From: Lingula anatina
Taxonomy: Eukaryota > Animalia > Brachiopoda
NCBI GenBank assembly: GCA_051362555.1
Contig: CM120643.1
Location: 15,164,644-15,228,643, forward strand
Reading direction: 5' to 3'
DNA length: 64,000 nt
The notes under the pieces were generated by a model, which saw only the letters and a program-made list of their open reading frames with translations, ran no database searches and was not told where the DNA came from. Below, piece by piece: positions 36,463 through 50,500 of the stretch. The translations under genes were made by a program, and so were the position numbers. Within the stretch, counting starts at the first letter, position 1. The number at the start of each line of letters is the position of its first letter.

Positions 36463-39435
36463 CTACCACCCAGAAGCGTCAAAATAATCTATGTACTCTT
36501 TGAAATATTCTAACACCTCCTCCTCCCCAAGGCCATATCTTGCCAAATTGTACTTATGGCGCCCATACTTGTTTTGGGGATTTTCTCGTTGGTAAGCGTT
36601 CATTTTCTCTAAAGCTTGATCAGACAATGTCATTCCAAAGTGTCCGTATATCCGCCTGACAGCCTCGATTGGAGATGCAACAAGATCTTCATAATTAATA
36701 TCTATAAAACGGCTTTCTTCCTCCTTGTGCTTTTTTCTGAACTTTACCAACTCGTTGCCACTTTGAAACAAGGGGTTGCGTAAAAATATCTGACCTATCT
36801 TCTCCAGTGTACTTTTATCAATTTTGCAGCCGTACATTCGAAGTGTCCACTCCTTGAGAGAACAAAGGGACGCCACAGTTGCGCAAGGGTTTCGGAACGT
36901 ATGGATAAAACGAGCGTCGGGATACACCTCCAGTATGGCGTCTAGGTGAGCGCTGTGCATTGCCTCTTTTAGGAAAAGTTGTTGCCTCTTTTCGATGAAA
37001 TCTGAAAATACACAAGTACACCTAGTCGAACATCAGTATGGCGTTGTTTTTTCTGCAAAGCGCTACATGTAGCTTCTTGCAGTATGAAATATTATTTACT
37101 AACTTCTCCGCCTTCAAAGGTTATCAACACATAAACATGTATGTATTATATTTCGATGTACCTACCACTCAAAAGGGACAGTATTGTTAATCATCATTTA
37201 TTTATAGCTTTCCTTAGTTTAGTCACCCATTGTGCCTACCGAACCAGGACTAACCTACATTTAGAATAATCACTTTTCCCCAGTTACGATAAAATATTGG
37301 CAATTAATCAAACAAGGCAACATTATACCTGTTCCCCTCGCAAGTAAAATTAACTGAAGTTGTTTCTTGTGGAAGCGGTAAGCCTCCACCATCTGCGCTT
37401 TAGTCCTCGCACGAAGCCAGTTATAGTAATCACTGGGGTTGCTACTCAGTATGGGAGCGACGGTGAAAATGCCCACATTGCGAAAAATATAAAAGCATTC
37501 GTATGGCATCTCTGGCCGAATGTAGTGAATGGTCTTAGCCATAGGGTAAGCGTCGAAAGCCATGTCTGAAATTTAAGACAAACAATGCGAGTTGGCACTT
37601 TTAAATAGCAAAGAAAGTCAGAAATATCATCATTAATTGTTAAGAAATGTTTTATCTATAAACCCGTTTTGGGAGTTTAAATATCAATTTTTTACCCTTA
37701 AATTCACCATCTTCGTAATGTGAGTGATTCAAAAGCTAAAAACTTATAACTCAAAACCTGACTTATTGATTCTTATTCTGTGACCAGTTTTGGATTCGGT
37801 ACCAAGTAATAACTTGCTGAAATAGCAGGAAAACTATGTTTTTGCGCAGTGGTCAGGAGAAAAGAGAGACTACATCTGCAGCCAGGAATGGTCGACCTTT
37901 TTTTCTGTGTAAACGTGTCTAGACGTGAAAATTAATATATATACCTAATTCCTGTTTGATTGCCGCTATGCGTTTGTCCACAGAAGTTATCTCGGACACC
38001 GGCTGTCTTAACTCATATACCTTCATGGACGTATTTTGAGGGTCTTGATACAACAGATTCTGTAGAAATGTCGTGCCTGATCGAGACGGCCCGATGATGA
38101 ATATGGGTTTAGTTATCGGACACTGGAAATTAAGAACAAAATATTCAAATTAAGTCGTCGCATGTTGACAATTTTGTCGGGAAACTGAACATGTTTTAAA
38201 TATTAGTACTGAATTACTGCTGAATTGGTTTTGGATCAGATGCCATTTTTTTTTTTTTATTTACACTAGTACAAATTAAACAGCAATAAGTGGTCAAATC
38301 AATCACTTATTCCAAACGATACCTTTTTTTTTCAAAAGGTAAAGGTAATATGCCTTGAACCACGAGAGCCTCGATCGTTTTCGCGAATTCCTGATTCCGG
38401 GGCCAGGTCGTAGTCGTGACGGGCTGACATACGGTCTTAAGAGATTTTAACAAGAAACCAAACTTTTTAGTAAAAAACAAACTTAAAAAAAAAAAACAAA
38501 AAAAAAACAGGGACTAACTTTGAATGTAGAAATGGATTCATTAATTGGTAAGTATTGGGAAATTGTTGTTTACTCCAGGAAAATTCAATTTTTGGCCAAA
38601 ACGAACAGTTGATATCCCTTTAACGATTTACTTGTTGACGCTCGCTAACAACATGATCTAGGTGAAGTCTCCAACTTCGGAACTCTCTCCACTGACTTAT
38701 TAGCTCTCCCAAACGGCCTCTCTCTACATGTGATTCCCTCCCCAACCCCCCCCCCCCAACCTCCCAAGTATTAGAGAGTTTCCGTTGGCTTATATCCCTA
38801 TTTTTTATCTTAGGAGGATCCAATGCTCCACTGCGTGGTGCATACAAATCTTAATTACTCACGTAAACTTACATGTAAGCCCATAAAACAAGTCAAGTGC
38901 ACAAGCAAGCGACTCCATTAAAATTAATTTACGGGCGTGGGGATTATTTTTGTGAACTGAACAAGGTGCTTTTTGCCTCCATTTAATTAACCTTTCGGGA
39001 CACCCGTTTTATTCCAAACTCTGCTTCAACGTTTTATAGTTCGGTTGAGGGTATTACACACACACACGCACGCACGCACGCACGCACGCACACACACATT
39101 ACCGTGGATAAATCAACCACAGTCAGCCGGCGTAGTACTGCAAGTCGATTTCGAAGGCTACTTTCCAACAACTTTCCAAGCAAATATCTGGTGAAAGCAG
39201 ACTCAGTTTTGTCATTTTGGAAAGATCTTTGCAACACAAGCACCCCCTCGTAAGACCAACGGCCAATGGTAGTGTCCGAAAAAAGCAAACGCCGGTCAGC
39301 GTCAGAGAAATTCCCAAGCAGACTTTCTTCGGTGAGAGGAGAAAAACGCCTCTTAAACAAAGTCCGCAGAACAGCGTCGACAGCTTGTATGGCACACCGA
39401 AAGAAAAAGTAGAGAATCTTGTTGTAGTTCAGCAT
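36463..39435 (-). CDS. PAPS-dependent sulfotransferase (Sulfotransfer_3-like)
   Basis: Phase-consistent exons 39103-39435, 37945-38122, 37329-37565, 36463-37001. 5'-PSB motif PIFIIGPSRSGTTFL, 3'-PB motif YPDARFIHTFRNP, and C-terminal DINYEDLVASP..IYGHFG..GRHKYNLARYGL. Confidence 0.9.
38437..38622. repeat. Partial copy of the MITE at 40203-40526
   Basis: cttaagagatttt..cagggact..tttggccaaaacgaa..tatcccttta is shared with 40370-40530. Confidence 0.7.
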
Positions 39436-40202
39436 GTTACTTTCCGTTGCCTTTTCGTTTCGTTGACTTTAGTGAAGATGAAAATGAAGTTGGCTAACGT
39501 TTTTTCTAATAACCTGTGTGTACGCTGTAGGTCGCCTCCTTGCCTCACCAAGGTGAACCTGAAAAATGTACCGCAACCTGTATACCAGTGTAGCGAGCGT
39601 TGTGCTACAGAGACTAATGAGTAAAGCCTAGATTACATTTACACGGGCGCCGTGCGATGAAATTGCCCGTACGATTTTTTTTGAATGAAGTAATTTTTTT
39701 TCAATCAACAGCTAATAGCAAAGTTTACTTCTAATGTTTCGATGTAAATGCAGTAAATTGCAGGATAAAATACCAAGCATACATGCATTAAAAAAAGCTG
39801 GAAAGTTGCCAATTTTGAAATGCTTCAAATTTGCTTTTTCCTCCAAACGATGACAGCAAATATGAAGCAAATAAATAAATAAATAAAAATAAATAAAAAT
39901 GAAATAAAATAAAATAGCATTTCATTTAATTTTTTTCAGATATCTAAGCAGCAATGTTGTAAAGACAAGTATGAAAAAAGGTATTTTTGCACAGAGGACA
40001 ATTAATTTTCCCTGACTGCCAGTAATGTTTAGACCACACTTCTTTGAAGAAAATTCTGAAGCTCTGCATTGCTTTCTAGAGGGGAGAATAGTAAAAAATC
40101 AAAAAATATAATAATATAAATAAATCAAAAAGCAAGGTGCAATACACATACAACTTGGAGTCCCTAAAAATCACAAAATCATGGGGAAAAGTAAAAGTTT
40201 AA

Positions 40203-40526
40203 AGGGATAATAACTCTTTGTATAAGATCTATATTTCACAATAAAAACATTGTGAGTAACTCATAGAAATATAATATATTGTTTTACCACAAAAACAGCT
40301 ATTATTCTGATATCTGAATTTGTCTTTAGACCAAGTGACCTCCATTGATGGCTATACTCTGTTAAAATCTCTTAAGAGATTTTAAAAAAAAAAACTTTTT
40401 AGAAAAAAAACAGGGACTTACTTTGAATGTAAAAATGGATTTATTAACCATTGGTAAGTGTGGGGAAAATTGTTGTTTACTTCAGGAAAATTCATTTTTT
40501 GGCCAAAACGAAGAGTTATTATCCCT
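40203..40526. mobile_element. TTAA-flanked MITE (Kolobok-like termini)
   Basis: TTAA|AGGGATAATAACTC at 40199 and GAGTTATTATCCCT|TTAA ending at 40530. Confidence 0.7.
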
Positions 40527-40530
40527 TTAA

Positions 40531-42225
40531 ATCCAAATTTGTGAAGTGCGGTTCATGGCGAAGAGTAGGTCAGGTCAATTTCAAGATCACAGTTAGATTG
40601 CCAGTATATGACTTCTTATTCAAGTTCAACAGAAACTATGGGCATATCTCTGCTAGTTTTGAAGATATAAGGAATGGAAACCTTGCATAGTTCAGTCCGT
40701 GGTGAAAAATAGGTCAAAGGTCAATTTTAAGGTCACAGTTAGATTGTCAGTATATGACTTCCTATTCAAGTTCAATAGTAACTTTGGGCAATCTCTGCCA
40801 GTTTTGGAGACATAAGAGATAGAAAGTTGCAAAGTCAAGTTCATGATAATAAGTAGTCAAAGGTCAATTTCAAGATCACAGATTACCAGTATATGACTTC
40901 CTATTCAAGTTCAATAATAACTATGGGAGTATCTCTGCCAGTTTTGGAGAAATAAAAGACCGAAATCTTGTAAAAGTCAGTTCATGGTAAAAAGTAGGTC
41001 AAAGGTCAATTTGAAAGTCACAGTAAGATTAACAGTGTATGATTTCCTTTTCAAGTTCAATAGTACCTATGGCTCTACTGTATCTCTGCCAGTTTTGGAG
41101 ATGTAAGGGACTCAAATGTTGCAAAGTTCAATTCATAGTGAAAATAAGTTCAAAGGTCAATTTCAGGGTCACAATCAAATTGCCAGTATATGATTTCCTA
41201 TTCAACTTCAATGGTAACTATGGCCCTATCTCTGCTAGTTTTGGAGATATAAGGGACTAAAATGTTGCAATTTTGGAGTTACAGTAATGTGCCATGAATT
41301 TCGTACAGAAGAACTAATTGAAATAAAGGAAAGGTCATTTTAGTTGATATTCATGAAATGGGAGGTGCTCAGAAATTCCAGATGTTCGAATTTTATGAAA
41401 TAACGTCATTTTTGACCAGAAGTTGTCTGCCTCACTATGCCTTATGTTATATTTTCCTGACGTTCAAAATTTTATGCATATTACCCTATTGCACATTTTG
41501 CTTTCACAACCACAATGTACTTTTGATACAGAGTAACTTGTAAACCATATGGAAAACAAAAAACGGACACCAGCCCCGATGTTGGGCTTGACATGCTCTA
41601 TCAAATGCAAAAATTCAGAGGTCTCTAGCATAAGCGGTTCTAAAATTAAAGAGTTTTCAGTTTTGGCATCTAATGGTCGCTGCTCCTGTGAAAATGCACT
41701 GACTGACCCCAAACTCAAGGGAGATGAAAGAGGACCAAAATGGTAACACCTGCCAATAACAGTACATGTGAGTTATGCGTAGTTTCTGAATATTGGTGCA
41801 AATAATTTTTTTTCATAAAAAATTCCCATTTTTAGAAAATTTTGGCCTGTTTCACCTGGAAATAAAGGTCAAAGGTCAAATCCAAGGGCATATTTGAAAT
41901 CTCCACATATGACTTTCGATCAGCCATCTGTAGAAAATTTTCCCATAATTCTTTAGATTTGGGAGATATTTAGCATTTAATTTTGCAAATTTTGGACAAG
42001 TGTGCATTACGATGAGCGCCACACCTAGACCCCTGCACTGAAGGGGCCCAAACTTTACGTGAATCGAGTTGAGATTATACGTGACCTAAATACAAGAGAT
42101 AGGTACGCAGGCCCCTGTAGTCTAGGAGGAGAAGCTGTAACGGTGATGTGGTGGCTGAGCCAGCAGAACATGCAGGTTGGGACTAAAACCATGTGTACCG
42201 CCAGCACCTATGCTGGTGGTACAAT
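40531..42225 (-). mobile_element. Helentron-type non-autonomous element (HINE) with ~5 units of a ~146-bp tandem repeat; one end truncated
   Basis: Reverse-complement homologue of 46165-48774. Terminal tgtaccgccagc-acctat-gctggtggtacaat at 42194-42225. Array at ~40540-41260. Confidence 0.75.
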
Positions 42226-44068
42226 AAAACACAGTGAACTTGCTTTCACATGTGAAAAATATAATTTGCAACAAATGGCAAAAAAATCCTCCATCATATA
42301 AAATTTCTTAGAAAGGTTTTTCTTTTTAAATTTTTTTTTTTTTTTTTTTTGCATATTCTAGGCATTTCCTTTCATGCAGTATTATGAACCAGATTTCGTT
42401 ACAAATCTATGAGACATCATTAGCGAAAGTTTTTACCAAAAGGAAACTTAAGTTACAAGAAACAAATAAGATAATAAATACTAATAAAGGTATTTTCTGA
42501 AATATATTTTAATATCAATAATTAGCATAATGACAAAAGTCAAATATAAAGAAACCTCACATGGGAATTAAACTGTGTAAAACTTATTGGGCTCAAATTC
42601 TTTTCAGGTTCTTTGGCTCTTCAACCTAATACACGTATATATTAATAACGTATTTTTGTAGAAATAATTATATATCTTATAAAAGCAGAATGAGACATGC
42701 TCCCATGAATTGCATAGTTTTGTTGACATTGATTGTTAAACACTAAAATTGAGTGATCTGCATAAAATATCCACTGCATGATAAGACAGTATTAGGGAAT
42801 TCAACAATTTTTGTACTTAAATTCTACATGAATGAAAATTGTGCATGGATACAATTTACATAATTACTAAATAATTTCAAAATATCATATTACCTATTTT
42901 AACCTTTGGAAAACTGCACTTCATTTGTGGTCTATTCAAGAAAGACATAAGTAATTAAAATAAATTAAGCATAAATTTGCTTAGTTACTTAAACCTTGAT
43001 ACAATGAAGCTGGTACCCCCATTTACTGATTCACAACAAGATTTCCAGATTGCTGAAAACTAACTCCTCACTATGGGCATGTCTCTGCCGTTTCCATCAA
43101 TCTCTGGAACTCAGATTGGAAATAGTTTGGCTTCTTACACAACCTTCATACTTCTACAAGATGTATATATTAATAGACCCACTTAACTGTTACTTTATTC
43201 TACTTTTAAATACTCTTTTATTCAGCCAACTAGCCCTTCAGACCACCAGGGACTATAAGAATCTACTGACTCAAAGCAGAAACTGTGGCCAGTAAATGAA
43301 GAAAATGACAAAATTAATATTACCTTGCCAGTTTCAATATCACGTGTACCAACATTTAGACATAGGGAAGTGTTTGGAAAAGGTGAAGCTTGCACGTACT
43401 AGCTTTTGGACCAGGAGAGTTAAGAACTGAAACTGTACAACTTAACACTACTCCTAGTACTGACTCATCAATTACTTGTTAAGGGCCATAAAGAACAAAA
43501 GTTTGATATATACACAAAAAATTTCAAAAAGGACAGCATACTTTATGGTAGGTCTGTATATCAACCTTTCAGACAAATCTTTCTCACAACCTTAAAACTT
43601 GACATTGGAATCAATTAACTTGATTCTTGGTTTTTATAACAGGAGATAAAGCCCCAGGAGATTGTAAATAATTCAATAAAAAAAAAAATCATACAATTAT
43701 AAATTCTGGTAAATTATCTTATATGAATAATTCGAACATTGTCCTATATTGGTCTACGGCTTTATGCCATTTATAATACACAGTTTTCAAAAACAGTTGA
43801 AGATTAGGAATAAATTAGTGCAATCAAACAGGACAATGTGCATTTTGCACATATTTGAAAAATACATTTGTTTATAAACAGTCATACTTTATTGGAATAC
43901 AGATGACATAAATCAGCCAATGTGGCATGGCAGAGTGCTAGTACTATGGACTTTCAGTGTATGGTGTACAAAAATTCATTTAACTAACTTATCATTATAT
44001 GATCATATTTAGGTTGCAGAGACTCATGGCAGTCATAAGTACACTGAACAACTGCCAGAAAATTGTCC

Positions 44069-44527
44069 TCACTTTCTTTTTACCGCTGATGTTGGCCGGG
44101 AAGAAGTGCCTTTTGTTGGTGTAGAGCGCCCACCCTGGAAAGCCAACACACAATGGTGTCAAATATCTGCAGTCTGTAGTTTTAATAGGTTCATCAGTTT
44201 ATTGGCAACAAAGTTAGCAATAACTTACTTTAAAAAACACAATGTACTTCACAAATACAGAATCACAATTTATTTTCAAAATGCCCTGTATTTCTTGAAG
44301 ACTGTCTTACCTCATACTGTGCGAGCCTCTCCTTAAGGTCAGCAACCTCGGAGGACTCTGTCTTCTTACTGGCCATGCCCAATTCCACTGTGCGCACTCT
44401 TTGTGCAAAACTCAGACTGGAAAGTGTCTCGTTCACGTTCTTCTCCACTGGGGCAACTTGGACTATCATTAACGTCTTGCTGTCACCACCTGATGTTCAA
44501 GAGATATATGCTAAACATGAGAATGTT

Positions 44528-44580
<53 letters not shown>

Positions 44581-47500
44581 ACTAGAAACAAAAATTCCAA
44601 AGTATTAGCCAAGTTAACATGAGAATGGTGTGTGTGTGTGTGTATGTGTGTGTGTAAGCATACATGTGCCACAAGTAAAAACGTTTCTTTGGTTTTAGCC
44701 AAGTAAAAACTATTAAAAGTCCTCTGAGGGAACCTACAGAGGGTGGAGAAAGGGGGGGGGGCATGTGCCCCCTCTTACCCAGAGAGTCCTGCAGGAGGTA
44801 GGTGAGCTTGGAGTTCCTGTAGGGGACATGAGCCTGCTTGTTCCTCAGGGACTGGATGACGTCACCCAGGGAGGACAGGGACTTGTTGATGTTCTGTGCC
44901 TCCTTCAGACGGGCACCGTCTGCACCAGACTTATTCACCCGCTCAGAGCCAGCCAAATCAACTAAGTTCAGCTTGCCTAGAAATTAGGATGGAAAATTAA
45001 AGGCATGAAATGTGTGTTAGACCTTCATATAGTAAAAACTGAAATTTCCTGACACTTACAGCAATTTTTCATTTATCAATAATGTATTTCCCATCCTAAA
45101 CTGTTGAGAAAATTATAAACTAAAATTTCTTTTTGATTTCTAAATTTCTTATTTATAATCAAGAGCCTTTCTTCATTACAGGCAAAATGTAGCAAGACAG
45201 AAAAACAGAATGATTATACAGTCAATTTGTTCCTGCTTTCTGTTCATTCTCTAAAAGCAGAATTACAGAAGAAAAAAATACAGAGCTGTGTATCTGAAAT
45301 AAGGAAACAAAAAAAATTGTTTTATCGATTTTTACTGATTTTACCAATTCTACTCACCCACAGTCTTGGCTCCAGTAGTTTTGTTCCTCCCAATCACATT
45401 CACACAGAGCAGAGCATGCGAGCGCGAGGAGTGCTCATTCATGTTCGTGCATGCTGTCGCTCTGTTCCTGTGTCCTAGGGCAAAGGTCTGAAAGGAACAA
45501 GATATACACTCTCACAGGAAGTCTTTTAAAACAACAGGCTGTCTGCTATTGATGAAGATGGCAAAGTACTGGTGTGAAATATTATATTATATTATATTAT
45601 ATTATATACATTTTTAATTGTCATTTTGATGCTTTTAAAGATCAATAACTGACTTTTCCAATCCATGCACACATTTCATGTAAAACAGTGCATGCGAGTG
45701 TGTGTGCATGTGTGTGTGCTGCCCATCTGTCTACATGTACATGCCAATAAATTTTAGTCTTTTCAGCCAGAAGGACAATATACCAACATATATATATATG
45801 GATGAGCACGTGCTTATGTTTGTACAGATCGCAATTCCATAAATAGTGACAAAGCACCTTATATCATGTTGGCATGGTAACTTAGTAGATGTCCTCACCT
45901 CGTTAATGTCCTCCACAGACTGGACCCTGATGGTGGTCAGCCCTGGGACATACAGACCCCCCTCGGGGCTCATCTTCACCTCCATCTTGTAGCTGGGGTC
46001 AGAACTCAAAAGGTCTCTGGAGATTAATAACATTAAAAACATATTGTATGTTATAATGTTATCTACCAGATTTGGGACTGATCGTCTTTACATCTGTTTC
46101 ATAGATGGGCTAAGAACTCAACAAGTGTCTGATATTTAATAAAATTCATATTTATACCACATTAATTGTACCACCAGCGTTAGCGCTGGCGGTACACATG
46201 GTTTCGGTCCCGTCCGGATCGTTCCGCCGGCTCCGCCGGCTCCGCCGGACGGCTACCGTTACCGCTTCTCCTCCTAGACGGTAAGGGCCCCCGTACCCAT
46301 CTCATGGATTTAGGTCACCTATAATCTCAACTCGTTCCACGTAAAATTTGGGCTTTGTCGGTATTGGGGTCTGGGTGTGGCACTCATTGCAATGCACCCT
46401 TGTCTAAAAATGGCAAAATTAAATGCTAATTATCTACCCTACGGAAGGAGTTATGGGAAAAATTTCTATAGACGGCTTTCCAAAAGTCATATGTGTAGAT
46501 TTCAAATATACCCTTGGATTTGACCTTTGACCTTTACTTCAAGGTCAAATGGGCCAAAATTTTCAAAAAAATGAAATTTTTTACGAAAAAATTTTTTTTT
46601 GCCCTGTTATTCAGACACCACACAGACTTAACCAATAATATTATTGGAAGGTGTTACCCTTCAGGTCATCTTTCATCTCCATGAATTTGGGGTCAATCGG
46701 TGCATTTTCACGGGAGTAGCGGCCATAAGATACCGAAACTGAAAACTGTCTCTAATTCGGGAACCGTTAATGCTAGAGACCCATTCTTTTTTGCATTTTG
46801 TAGAGCATGTAAAGCCCAACACTGGAGGTGGTCTCGGTTTTTTTGTATTCCATACGGTTTTCGAGTTACGCTGTATCAAAAAGTACATATTGGTGGTAAA
46901 AGCAAAATGTGCAGTACGGTAATGGATAATAAATTTTGAACTCTGGAAAAATAAAACATAAGGCTTGGCAAAGCAGACAACTTGTGTTCAAAAATGACAT
47001 TATTTCATCAAATTTGAACTTCTGAAACTTCAGAGCACCTCCTATTTCAAGAATTTTGACCAAAATGACATTTTCTTTATTTTAATTAATTTTTTCTGTA
47101 TGAAATTTAAGGCACATTATGGTAACTCCAAAATTATAACATTTAGTCCCTTATATCTCCAAAACTGGCAGAGATAGGTCCATAGTTACTATTGAAGTTG
47201 AATAGGAAGTCATATACTGGCAATCGTACTATGACCTTGAAAGTGACCTTTGACCTACTTTTCACCATGAACTGAACTTTGCAAATTTTTCTTCCCTTTT
47301 ATCTCCAAAACTGGCAGAGATAGGTCCATAGTTACTATTGAAGTTGAATAGGAAGTCATACACTGGCAATCTTTCTATGACCTTGAAAGTGACCTTTGAC
47401 CTACTTTTCACCATGAACTGAACTTTGCAAATTTTTCTTCCCTTTTATCTCCAAAACTGGCAGATATAGGTCCATGGTTACTATTGAACTTGAATAGGAA

Positions 47501-50500
47501 GTCATATACTGGCAATCCAAATGTGACCTTAAAATTGACCTTTGACCTACTTTTCACCATAAACTGAATTTTGCAAAATTTGCTTCCCTTTTATCTCCAA
47601 AACTGGCAGAGATAGGTCCATAGTTACTATTGAACTTGAATAGGAAGTCATATACTGGCAATCAAAATGTGACCTTAAAATTGACCTTTGACCTACTTTA
47701 CACCATGAACTGAATTTTGCAAATTTTGCTTTCCTTTTATCTCCAAAACTGGCTGAGATAGGTCCGTAGTTACTATTGAACTTGAATAGGAAGTCATATA
47801 CTGGCAATCTAAATGTGACCTTGAAATTGACCTTTGACCTACTTTTCACCATGAACTGAATTTTGCAAATTTTGCTTCCCTATTATCTCCAAAACTGGCT
47901 GAGATAGGTCCATAGTTACTATTGAACTTGAATAGGAAGTCATATACTGGCAATCTAAATGTGACCTTGAAATTGACCTTTGACCTACTTTTCACCATGA
48001 ACTGAACTTTGCAAATTTTGCTTTCCTTTTATCTCCAAAACTGGCAGAGATAGGTCCATAGTTACTATTGAACTTGAAAAGGAAGTCATATACTGGCAAT
48101 CCAAATGTGACCTTAAAATTGACCTTTGACCTACTTTACACCATTAACTGAATTTTGCAAATTTTGCTTTCCTTTTATCTCCAAAACTGGCTGAGATAGG
48201 TCCATAGTTACTATTGAACTTGAATAGGAAGTCATATACTGGCATTATAAATGTGACATTAAAATTGACCTTTGTCCTACTTTTCACCATAAACTGAACT
48301 TTGCAAATTTTGCTTCCCTTTTATCTCCAAAACTGGCAGAGATAGGTCCATAGTTACTATTGAACTTGAACAGAAAGTCATATACTGGCAATCTAAATGT
48401 GACCTTGAAATTGACCTTTGACCTACTTTTAATCATGAACTGAACTCTGCTAATTTCTTTCTCTTTTAACTTCAAACTTGACAGAGATAGGTCCATAGTT
48501 ACTCTTGAACTTGAATAGGAAGTCATATACTGGCAATTTACTGTGACCTTGAAATTGACCCTTGACCTACCTTACGAAGAACTTAAATTTGATTGTACCA
48601 TATATATTTTTTGCAATAGTTTAAAAATTCTTGTTGATTGCATTTTTACAGCTTGTCAAGCACAAAACTGGTGGCTGTGTTCCTTATTTTGTGTATGTGG
48701 GGGTCTATACGAATGCGCTTGCTCCAGCTGGTGGTACAATATTCGGAGGCGGTATCGCCTCTCTGATCCTCTAGTTATATATATTTCTTAATTTATATAA
48801 ATATTTAACATGGACTTTATATAATATACTTAATTACTGACATTGTTCTAGAGTCGTGCCTACGTGAAGTAAGGCTTCGTTCACATGGAAAGTCTATTTT
48901 CTAAAAATCTATTTTCTATTTGTGGTATCTTATGATCATGGTCTGTGCCCTGAATATCCTGCGGCGTAATTACTGGCAGCGCGAGCCAGTTACTTAAAGT
49001 AACTGTGACATCACACTTTACCTGATCATTTCATTGTAGATTTCCATCACACTGACTGTGATGTCACACTTTACCTGATCATTTCATTGTAGATCTCCAT
49101 CACACTGACTGTGATGTCACACTTTACCTGATCATTTCATTGAAGATCTCCATCACACTGACTGTGATGTCACACTTTACCTGATCATTTCATTGTAGAT
49201 CTCCATTACACTGACTGTGATGTCATACTTTACCTGATCATTTCATTGTAGATCTCCATTACACTGACTGTGATGTCATACTTTACCTGATCATTTCATT
49301 GTAGATCTCCATTACACTGACTGTGATGTCATACTGCCACTCCAGAGCCCTGTCAGCAGTCTCCCTGAACAGCTCCATCAGTCCTCTCTGGTTGATGCCT
49401 GGGTCCTCACTGGGGCCCTGGAAGGAGGGCAATGTGACACAATGAGGACAATGTGACATAATGATGACAGTGTGACACAATGTGGACACAGTGACACAAT
49501 GCGGACACAGTGACACAATACGCACACAGTGACACAATGCAGACACAGTGACACAATGCGCACACAGTGACACAATGCAGACACAGTGACACAATGCGCA
49601 CACAGTGACACAATGCAGACACAGTGACACAATGCAGACACAGCGACACAATGGGGACAATGTGACATGAGGCCAGTGTGACAAAATGAGGGCAATATGA
49701 CACAATGAGGACAATATTACACAATGAAGACAATGTGACACACTGAGAATAAAATGAAATAATGTGGAAATTATGACACAATGTGGACCATGTTGCACAA
49801 TGAAGACAATCACAACATGACAAAAGTTTGCGACACAATGAAGAGTTTGTGACATAGTGACATAGACATAGTGTCACATTGAAGGGCAATTGTGTCAACT
49901 GATAATGAGGCAGTGGTGACACTTGTAAAATGAATAAATAAAAAAATTAATTGGCTTGCTTAAGTCAACATAATAATCATGTATACATGCATCCTTTTAA
50001 AGCTGAGAGTAAAACAAATTATCAAAAAGGAAAATGTCAACAAATGATTAGGTAATGACTAATATCAATATTTGACCAAATCATTCTTTACATATACAAC
50101 TACATACCGGCTAAAGATATATGTCTATTAAGTCACACATGCTAGTGTGTACAGTTGCCTACCTCCATAGTATATGTCTTTCCAGACCCTGTCTGACCAT
50201 AGGCAAATATGCAGACATTGTATCCATCCACACAGCACGTCACCAGTGCCTTCACTTCATCAAATACCTGGATATATTAAGTACCAAAATTATATCATTG
50301 TTAATATGTCTGGGAGAATTTGATTAAATGCAAGGAAAAATGATCGCATGGGGTACTTATCAATTTAAAAATAAAATCATTCCAAAAAAAAAAGTAATGA
50401 ATCGGTTTTCAATGTGCTGATGTAAAAATGCCTTATATATTTCATTCTTATCAAAGACTTAATAATGTCATAAGAGAGACCAGCTACGTAAAAAAAAAAA

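Noticed and set aside
47547-48526. Repeated ORFs ([25 protein letters not shown]..)
   Set aside because: Translations of the 146-bp tandem array with no coding signature.
49016-49334. CRISPR-like regularly spaced repeats
   Set aside because: Head-to-tail units with no unique spacers, derived from the adjacent exon; eukaryotic context with no cas genes.
49378-49922. Cys/His-rich ORFs of 105-190 aa (metallothionein-like)
   Set aside because: They are translations of the minisatellite, open in several frames. Only 49287-49417 is a real exon.
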